From assembly GCA_951406725.2 (NCBI GenBank), contig OX597814.1, positions 91,884,001 through 91,948,000 on the forward strand: a stretch of 64,000 nt of DNA, read 5' to 3'. The DNA is from Octopus vulgaris (taxonomy: Eukaryota). Positions 54,470-64,000 of the stretch are shown here, in pieces. A program made the translations under genes and the position numbers. The notes beneath the pieces are model-generated. The model was not told the DNA's origin, made no database searches, and was given only the letters and a program-made list of their open reading frames with translations. Position 1 is the first letter of the stretch. Each line of letters opens with the position of its first letter.

Positions 54470-55560
54470 ATACAGAAGTTTTTGAAATGGCTATTACTCA
54501 GCCCCAATGAGAGGGACTTATGTCCGACACATACCCTTCAGTCCGTGGAAACTTAGCATTCTTTCTCTTCAGGCGAATCATGGCGCCGGAACCATAGAAC
54601 ATGGCATGTTTCCCGACGAAGTTATGTGAGGAATAACGAGTCTGTCACTGCAGTTTTGGCACTACTTCAACATTTACCAAAATCAGGCTGTTGCCACCCG
54701 TAACATAATCTTACGTTGAGTGAATGCACTTTGTACACGAGGTACACTAATAAATTGGAGACTGGTGGGAGCGCTACGAACTGTATGGACCCCGAAGACG
54801 TGGAACGCTTCAAGCAAGCCTGCTCTGCTCGGATGCATTCCACTAAACTTGGCATCAGTAATCGATCGGTAATGCGTAGTTTGCGTGAGGACATGCTTTT
54901 TCACCCGCACAAATTGGCCATTGGACATCACTCAAAACCATGGGACTATACACAGCTGTTTAACTTCGCACGCCAGGTGGAAGCAAATTTCGAGGCAAAT
55001 GACAAACTCAAGTAAATGAATGATGAAGCTAATTTTCATTTCATGCCATGGTGAATCAGCAAATCTGATGCTATTGAGCTCTTGAAAATCCGAGAGAACT
55101 GCACGAAAGACCACTGCATAGCCCAAGAGTGATGGTCTGGTGTGATGCTGAAAAATTTCAATAATGTAAATGATGTTACTGTGGACTCTAAGCATTAGAT
55201 CGAGATGATAAACAGCGTATTTGTGCCGCAAGTTACGACGAAAATGCATGCCTATTCGACGTGTGTAGTTTCAGCAGGATGGGGCGACGGCCCACACAGC
55301 CAGCGCATCAATGGAATTTCTTAGCCCTCTCTTCAGTGACCGCCTAATTTCCTGGTTTGCTGACATACATTGGCACTTCAGTCCCCTGATTTGTTCATCT
55401 GTGATTATCTCTTGTGGGGAAACCTCAAGGCTCAAATGTATGCGCCTAATCCCCGTACATTAGACGATTTGAAGGAAGTTGTGTGGAAACAAGTAAACGA
55501 GAGCGAATCCTTGTGATATGTTAGGCGCTCTCAAAACAAAAAAGAATGATAGGCAAAATT
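54470..55560 (+). mobile_element. Tc1/mariner-superfamily remnant (rosa/DD41D-like)
   Basis: DMLFHPHK, DEANFH, ENPRELHERPLHSPRVMVWC, FQQDGATAHT, SPDLFICDYLLWGNLKAQMY. Confidence 0.85.
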
Positions 55561-57330
55561 ATTGCAACTGCCAGACAAATGACGAAGTGAGGGTGCAAGA
55601 TATGCCAGAGGAGAAAGTTACTCGTGAAGGAATTACAATGTATACGCCACCAAAATATGGAAATTGTAAACATTCTTTGATACATATTGGTAGAACTTGG
55701 ACTTATGTTCGAATTGTGCTTTAGCGTTTTAATCAAATTTATTCCAACAAAACTTTCAACAATATCATAAATAACTTGGATGAATAGACACACAGGAAAG
55801 TGAACAAGTTATCAGGAAGGTGTGTTTCAAAGTATTGCTGTGTATTTCTCATTGAAAATACTCTATCGAACATCAATCATATTAGAAATGAAAAGAGGGA
55901 AATTGATTTTGCTGCTTTGATCTTTAAAATCTTATTCTCTTTTATTATTTTTAAAAAATCTTATGAGGACATGTATTTGAATAAAAATATGATCAAAACA
56001 TTTTCGTTATTAAAAGTTTTCTTGATATATTTAACTTTGTATTATGTATTTGATGCTCACTTTTACGTAGATAAAACTCATTACTTAAAATTTCTTATAT
56101 ATTATCAGTGGGGTGATGTGTGTCAACCTATTACGTGTGCGGTAGAGATCGCTTTTTTTTTTTGATAAACAAGAAACCGATACTATTTCAATACATAACA
56201 GAACTAATTTCACATTCCTCTCTAATGTTTTTTGAAGAAATCATCAGCATCAAAACAACCCATTTATTTAACTGCGATGCAGCAAAGCAAAGATGGCGAA
56301 TATTTAGTGTCGAGTAGTGTGCACCCAGGATAATACTACTTTACAGCTTATTTCTATCGTTTAGTAAACGAAAATGTATATTGGACAACGTATTATGTGT
56401 ACTCTTAGACAAAAAATAAAAATAATTGAAGGCTGAATGTTGGATATCCATCTGAGTTACCTTTCCGCTTAGATACGTTTGATCAGGATTGATCTGTGTC
56501 GAAAAATCCCCCCCACCCCACCAAAAAAAAACAGATAAAAAAAGAAATTTAGGTACAAACTGAGTGGTTGACAGAATCACAGCTATCACAGAACATCCCA
56601 AGTGTTTAACCACAACTTGCTGGAGTGCCGAATATGGTCTTCATTTCAGAGGAAGGAATTATATCGGAATAATAGATATGTTGATTGCATGTAGTAGTTC
56701 ATCGAGCGATTATGTGGCTGTGGGATGAGGATTTTCTATGTAGTACTCGTATAAAATTTGGGTATATAGCTATGTGATATTCCCTAAAATACCAACTACT
56801 TCCATAATACAGTGTGCAATCACCGAGTCAGAAAGCGTAATTCAGCTTGGTCACCTGGTCACTTTCAAATTCCCTCGAACCTGTTTATTTTTGTTTATAT
56901 GGAGGGTCATATCGCAGTTTTGTCATTGCTTGAATATGTCTGCAATAAGCTTATGATAGTAAAAAACACCTTAATCGTATTAATCACAACAATCTATCCG
57001 GCACTTTTATATCCCAGCCTTTCTCTCTACAATGAATAAAACTGAAGAAGAGTAATTTCATGTAACCATATTCAATCCCATTATATTCACAGAGTTATGC
57101 CACTATTACAACAAACATCACATTCTGCAATGCATACGGTGTAATAAATTACTTAACAAAATATATGAGCATATTTCCAAAGTTCAGCTATGTTTTGTAT
57201 GTTCAATGGTTTTGTTAGGAAGATGCGACCGTGACATTAGTATTTTTGTGGCTCTCCGGAATATTTACACTCACTGCAGGTTATATTATTCTATACTAGA
57301 TGACAGTTGGAAAAAAATCGGCAAGGATGA

Positions 57331-57730
57331 AGGCGACGAGCTGGCAGAATAGTTAGCACGCAGGGCGAAATGCGTAGCCGTATTTCGTCTGCCGCTACGT
57401 TCTGAGTTCAAATTCCGCTGAGGTCGACTTTGCCTTTCATCCTTTTCGGGTCGATAAATTAAGCACCAGTTACGCACTGGGGTCGAGGTAATCGACTTCA
57501 TCCGTGTGTCTGTCCTTGTTTATCCTCTCTGTGTTTAGTCCCTTGTGGGTAGTAAAGAAATAGGTATTTCGTCTGTCTTTACGTTTTGAGTTCGAATTCC
57601 GCTGAAGCCGACTTTGCCCTTCATCCTTTCGGAGTCAGTAAATTAACTACCAGTTGCGTACTGGGTCGATCTAATCGACTGCCCCCCCCCCCCCCCCAAT
57701 GTCGGGGTTTGTGTCTAGAGTAGAAAAGAA
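57331..57730 (+). mobile_element. SINE family B, full copy plus tandem partial copy
   Basis: Near-identical to 16564-16799, followed by a second body starting ggtatttcgtctg. Confidence 0.9.
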
Positions 57731-58308
57731 TATAATCAAGGATGAAATTCACACACATGGACTACCAAGGGAACTGAGTTGGGCAATCCCATTTTTTAAG
57801 TAACGATATGTATAGATCTGTGAATAAAAAGGGCCTTGCATAAGAGTCTAATGAGAACAAATAAACCCGATCATCAAAGAGAGGTGTAATTTCAGTAGAA
57901 ATTATGGAGTTTGTGAGAAAACTTTTCCGAACGTCGGCGCTTTTGATGCGTTTATTCAGAAAGACAAATAAACGCATAGCAATTAAGCAATTAATTCAAC
58001 GTTTGCATTTTTGTGAAAAATAAAATTGGTGGTAGCTTAGCCTAGTCCGATAAGATTTTAAAAAATTATAGATGGCGTTAGAAGACTATTATTATGCAAT
58101 GATAAATAAAGTAGCTTTTACTAAATAATGAAATATTCCGATATTTTCTCGCAAAAAACATGAGCTTCTATTTGAAACATGAAATAAGTGAAACAATTGA
58201 GGCAAAAGCATACATTACGATATAGTATAAGCAACTACGCTTATCCATATGGACATACATATATGTATATGTTTATACATCCATACATATATGTACATGC
58301 TCGTGGCA

Positions 58309-58350
<42 letters not shown>

Positions 58351-58719
58351 TATATAACACGGGTTCAGAGATATATATATATTTTTTAAATAATTAAATA
58401 TTCTAACATTGAAATCGACAATATATTACAATCAGTAAAAAGAAAAAAAAATTCTGTGAATTTATTAATATTTCTTTATTAATAAATGCATGGAATAACT
58501 CACCATATGTCGAGAAAGATAAGAAGAAAATTAATTTACCTGGGAAATTACCGACGTGTTACCTTGATATAGTAACATAGTTTGTGTTTAATATCAAAAT
58601 AATACGAGATCCCGCAAATTTTCCTGCAAATTTTCTCATATATTCGGAACACAAAGTAGAATTTCGATTTTTGTGTCGTTATTACGAACGCGGGCACGCC
58701 TGTGTACTTAACAAGTTCG

Positions 58720-59125
58720 CTTTGCAGCCACGTGGATTCAGTGACACAGCGTGGTACTGTCGGCAAGTGACTTCTACAATCGCCCTGGGCCGACTAGTGG
58801 CTTATGAGTGAATCTTATCGCGGTAACTGTTCAGAATACACATACATATTCGTAATTGTGGGTGCACGTGAGTGTGCCTGTGTGAGCGTGCGTGGATATT
58901 TCTTGATGTTTGTGTATGTCGCTCCCCCGCGATTGACAACCATTTTTTGGGGGGTGGGGGGTTATGTCCATGTAACGTAGCGATTCAGCACAAGACCGGT
59001 AGAGTAAATACCAGCCTGAAAAAAAACATATGTATTGGGGTCAATTTGTTCGACTAAATCCACTGAAGCCGCTGTTCGAGTATAGTGGCAGTTCAATGAC
59101 CGAAATAGGTAAAAAAGAAAAGGAA
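58720..59125 (+). mobile_element. Degenerate SINE family A
   Basis: gcagccacgtggattcagtgacacagcgtgg...ggggtcaatttgttcgactaaa...caatgaccgaaa. Confidence 0.6.
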
Positions 59126-59894
59126 AGATAAAAAAGATTAATTTTTCTATTTGCACCTGATAAGATTCTACCCTTTCAAAGTCTGTCAGATATTCTCGGA
59201 TGGTTTAATGAAATAATGTAAATAAACAATTATGATTTTACTGAGAATCGAAACAATTTCATGATTTCGACATACCGATCTTTTTTTTTTATACCTATCC
59301 ATATTTCATTTCCATGGCGTTATGTCTCTCGCAATTTACAAAATAAAATGTGATCTGCTGTGTTGAATGTATCACTAATGTAAACCAAGTAACTTTTAAT
59401 GAGCAAATCACCCATCCATCTTCCCTCCACACTCATTCTGGGTGGGTCGTTGGGTTAGAGTCATCAGGTACCTCCTTCATACGGTCCGATCAAAAACAAC
59501 AATCATTACAATTTACAGCTGGATTTTCAACCGTGATCAAGTGAGACTATCAATATTACCCATCCGTTTCATTCTTGGTCATCTCCATTAGATCTGCCAG
59601 TTGGCCCTAGTTTTAAATAACTGCTTTCCAATTCTTTCCTGCAACATTCTAGTCATATGTTCGAGGTACGGGGACTGTGGCCATTCGATGCGGAGAAGTA
59701 ATGACACACCCTGGAACAAATAATGTTCCAGATACATTATAATGTTGCACGCATACTGCAATTGTAGGACAACAAATATATTTCAATTGATAATCTTTGT
59801 TTTGTTTTGTTTTTTGCCCTATCTCATGATTTTCATGCGCGTTGTTGAAGCTGGGACTGATCGGTGAGCTTAGTTTACAAATAATTACATTGGT

Positions 59895-60106
59895 TTCAAA
59901 TTTTGGCACAAAGCCAGCAAGTTTGTGGAAGGTGGGTAAATTGATTACGTGGCCTCTGGTGCTGAACTTGTACTTATTTTATCGACTTTGAAAGTATTTA
60001 AGGCAATGTGGACCTCGGCAGAATTTCAACTCAAAATATAAATACGGACTAAATGCTGCTAAGCATTTTGCCCGGCGTGCTAACGATTGTGCCAGCTCGC
60101 CGCCTT
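59895..60106 (-). mobile_element. SINE family B
   Basis: gctaagcattttgcccggcgtgctaacgattgtgccagctcgccgcc (tRNA-like head, reverse). Confidence 0.8.
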
Positions 60107-60655
60107 TTGTACATCTTTAAAGCAATACTAGCCAAATGGGCTAAGATATTACTAGACTAAAAAGTAGGAGTGCATACGCTTCCGTTGCGCTCTTCTAGGG
60201 CTATAGCTAAGGTAGTATGGGTTGAGTGTGTACGTATGTATTTCATGGGGTTCCTTCGCAGTTGCTGTCTACCAAATACACAACCTATGAAATAATGAAA
60301 ACATTGTATAATAACATTTATCATATACTACTGAGTCCGAAAAAGAAACCATATATATCACATAAATTCAACCACAAATGCGAGTTATTAATCGCCGTTA
60401 TGAAATTTGGTATCGGCTAAAGATGCTGTTTTATATTAGGAGCTGTATCTAATGGATATTATTCATTCCTTTATGTAAAAGTTCTTTGTCATTGTAATGA
60501 ACACCAGACATATATAATATTTCGGAGTGTTTGTGATCTGTAATTACATTTGGTAATAATATCGTACTCATTCTATATATACAGAAGTCATAATTTGAAA
60601 GTTATTACGTATATCTGGAATTTATTGACATCATTATATACAAATATATAGTGGG

Positions 60656-60686
<31 letters not shown>

Positions 60687-60717
60687 GTGTGTGTATGTAT
60701 GTATGTATGTATGTATG

Positions 60718-60748
<31 letters not shown>

Positions 60749-61019
60749 GTATGTATGTATGTATGTATGCATGTATGCGTGTATGTGTGTGTGTATGTGT
60801 GTGTATTTGTATATATATACATATATTTATTTATTTATTTTTATATATCTTTTTATATATTTATATACCTTTTATATATTTATATATATTTATATCATTT
60901 TATTTTATTTTATTTTGTTTATTTATCTATATATATAATTATTTATTTTTATAAATAAAAAAAAATAAATTGTAAAAGTTCACAATTTAATATATCTATG
61001 TTTATTTTTCTTTAATGTG

Positions 61020-62105
61020 CGCATATGTTTCTTTTTTGTGGATGGGCAGATGGGACTCATTAGCCGAGGGAAAGGCTGCTCTTCTAGGAGAGGGACACTC
61101 TAACATAAAACAAGGTCATGGTAATAACAGTCCCTTTACTGGCTGCACTGTCAAACCTGTGACTGTTCATAGGGAAAGGCTGGGCTCCTGTATTGAAACG
61201 AAGCCGTGATTAGGACAACCAGTAGAGAATAAAGCTCTGAATTCAAATTGACTTACCACTGCTGGCTTGCAGTATCGTTTTGAGGAAAAGCCTAGAAGGT
61301 ATTCCGATATAAAAAAAAATAAACCTACAGTCAACTTAATACTAGTCATCTTGCTTTGCTTGTCACTGAAATCTACTATTTTGACCAAGAGAGTAGCAAA
61401 AGTGTGCACAAACGCTTCTCACTGTAAACCAGTGAAGTACAGATGTACCTGACAAAACACAATCATTGTGAAATCGTCGTTTTTATTGTGAGCTAAACTC
61501 TGGTAAGCGACCACAATATAAGCCAAGGAAAAGGCATAAAGATGGAAAGCTTGAAGAAACTAGATATGAACAAAAGTGATTGGGAAAATGATGTTCTAGG
61601 TCGGAACAAGTGGAGGGGTGCTATTAGGACTGGTTGTAATACCTGGGAGGAAAAGATGATTCAGCACTGAACTTAAAAGGACCTGTCGTAAAGGAACAAT
61701 TAGAACAGTAATCAACAGTGAACATTGGGTGTGTATTATATGTGATCGTACTCTGTTGTCAAAAACAGGATACGTGAACCATATGAAGTCACATGAAAAT
61801 CGTAATGCCCAGATAGATCTTGGACACTAACCACCTCTTACAACATGTGTCATATGTCAAAAGACTTGTAAGACAATATGTGGACTTAAAGGACAACCTA
61901 GTTCACAAAAACATTCCTAAGGGCAAAGATATAGAAGAAACTTGAATAGTATTTGTCACTTGTGTTTTAAACCCTGCTAGTCAGCAGCTGGTCTTAAGAG
62001 TCATTTAAGGGTTCATCAACGGAATGATTGTACTATGTGACGGAGTGCAGTGTGTGTGTTGATGGGAGGGCTATCATCTCTCAAGATGAAGCAATCATCA
62101 TGTAT
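61020..62105 (+). mobile_element. Internally deleted RTE-clade LINE with C-terminal C2H2 zinc fingers
   Basis: FYCELNSGKRPQYKPRKRHKD..LKKLDM..DWE....RNKWR; CIICDRTLLSKTGYVNHMKSH; CVICQKTCKTICGLK; CHLCFKPC*SAAGLKSHLRVH; short-repeat 3' tail. Confidence 0.8.
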
Positions 62106-62633
62106 GTATATATCTTTGTTTATATGTATGTATAGATAGATATATATATAGATATGCATATATACATGCACGCATATACCTATCTTGATATATATATATA
62201 TATATACATTTACATATGTATTATATGAGTATGTGTGGTTGTGGTATGTATTTTGTATGCATGTATGCATGAAACTTTATGCGCAACTGCCCAAAGCGAC
62301 AATACAGAAAAATCACTATTAATAAAGTCAAAAGCATTCAGATAGATCAACTTGCATACAAAATTCATTCTTAGTAACCAGTGCAAATTATAAATTACTA
62401 CTGCCTTAACATTATTCTTTTGTATTTTGCTGTTAAGCTCTAGAATAAATGTACAGATGTTATCCAACACTGTGTGTAACAAACAAGAGCAGATCCTATA
62501 TATTCTAAGTTATGGACATAAACTGAAAAAGAGGGAACGTGTGAAATAATTTTAACCCTCTGATGGCACTTCACCAGCGATGAAATATATATCCATATAT
62601 GTGGATATGTGTCTTTGTGTGCATTCCGTGCGT

Positions 62634-62674
<41 letters not shown>

Positions 62675-62682
62675 TACATATA

Positions 62683-62716
<34 letters not shown>

Positions 62717-64000
62717 CATACATGCCAAGGCGCACGTTTAGACATGTCTATTAAATTTTACTCAGAATTCACTTGATTTTACAGTGAGTTATGTATCTTT
62801 ACAACACAGAACCAAACCTTCGTCCATTGTTCAAAGTTTTTATCATCATGCGCAGCCGCCCACCACTACGTAAACTGGTTGTTCAGTAAGGGTGAATCGG
62901 TTCCCTGTAAGGTCAAAGACAAAGTTTAATAGCCTTCAAAAGAAGTTTCATCAATATTTTGACACGTGTTGTAACAGTTAGTAATGCACCCAATATTATC
63001 AGATTTGACAATAGAAATCAGTAACAGATTTCATTTTAGTTGTTGAAGAAAATTTAAAATTGAAATGAACGTTGATGATCAAGAAAAATATTAAAAGCGA
63101 AATAGTTGAACTTCGATTATTACCATTAAATATGCACAAATGTTGTTGAGGGCGGAATATCACCGATAAAAGAAAAATCTTGTGACTCTTCTTCATTTTT
63201 TTCTTTGTATCAAAATGTAAATCAGAATTTGATGTAAAGCCTAAGAGCTTTCATTCTACTCTCTGCTTTAGTTGCATTTTATGGCGCTGATTTTTTATGT
63301 GAAAATCAACTATATGAATATTAAGTAGAACTTCCTTTGCTACGCATACTATTCCAGCATGGTAATGCACCAAAATTTTATATCACCTTTATTTTTTATT
63401 TATGGTTTTATCGAAGGACACAAAGCAACGGCTATCATCTTTTGCACGTCCTCCAGTGCTGTTAACAGTAAAGCAGAGATAAAAAATCATGAAACGTGGC
63501 CATTTGAGAGCAATTCATCAACACTGAAGAATTCCTGCAAGTTCATTTCTACACAATCTTGCTCGAATAGCGTGGTTCTTTACTGAAATATGGCATCAAA
63601 ACTGCAGCAAATTGCTGTCGGAGTGAATGTTATAACTTCAAGTCAATGATCTGGTACAAGACTTCCATATATTTTATGTATAATGCCCGCTTATCATAAG
63701 TTGTATGGAACATTAACTGCAAGTTTAAACGCACGTGTGTGTGTGTTTGCATATCTGTATTCGAATGTATTATGTATGTATATATGTATGTATGCATCCA
63801 TCAGGTCATCCCATAAATAATATCCGAAATATCAGATATGCAACTTCTATCAAATTTTACATTATTGTAAAGTGTCAGATGGTGTTGACTGATACTCATA
63901 TGAATTTGGAAACCTTTAACTTAATATAATTTCTTTTTGCAGGATATAACTGAATTAATTACGAATATTAACCCCTCAAAGATGGACATGGCGAAGGCAC

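Noticed and set aside
55540-57980. Candidate host exons in the unique-looking region
   Set aside because: No recognisable protein motif, and the splice-bounded frames I tried contain stops
59556-59715. Possible minus-strand exon bounded by AG and GT
   Set aside because: The best frame contains stops; IEWPQSPYL looks more like a decayed Tc1 WPxQSPDL motif, but this is too weak to call
62980-63620. Possible hAT/ZMYM-like transposase remnant on the minus strand
   Set aside because: Only a short WNSMRSKG-like hint; no TIRs or extended motif support

Overview
This is an AT-rich, microsatellite-saturated eukaryotic window. The tRNA-derived SINE families and repeat landscape suggest a cephalopod, probably Octopus (inference). 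I found no host protein-coding exon I can support; nearly all short ORFs are translations of (TA)n/(CA)n/(GATA)n repeats or decayed transposons. The window is dominated by Penelope-like elements (PLEs; RT plus GIY-YIG) of several families, three of them with an inverted pseudo-LTR, including a ~4.4-kb near-perfect palindrome. Reading the PLE ends by eye gave about 14 type I hammerhead-ribozyme motifs from roughly 8-9 sequence families, several with non-canonical cores (U3-A8, A6U, U4C). Also present: two Tx1/L1-type LINE pieces bounded by (GATA)n arrays, an RTE LINE tail with three C2H2 fingers, several Tc1/mariner-superfamily remnants, MITEs, non-autonomous Helitrons, many SINEs, and an old tandem duplication that shows empty and filled insertion sites. 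All alignments and folds were done by eye, and boundaries of decayed elements are approximate.
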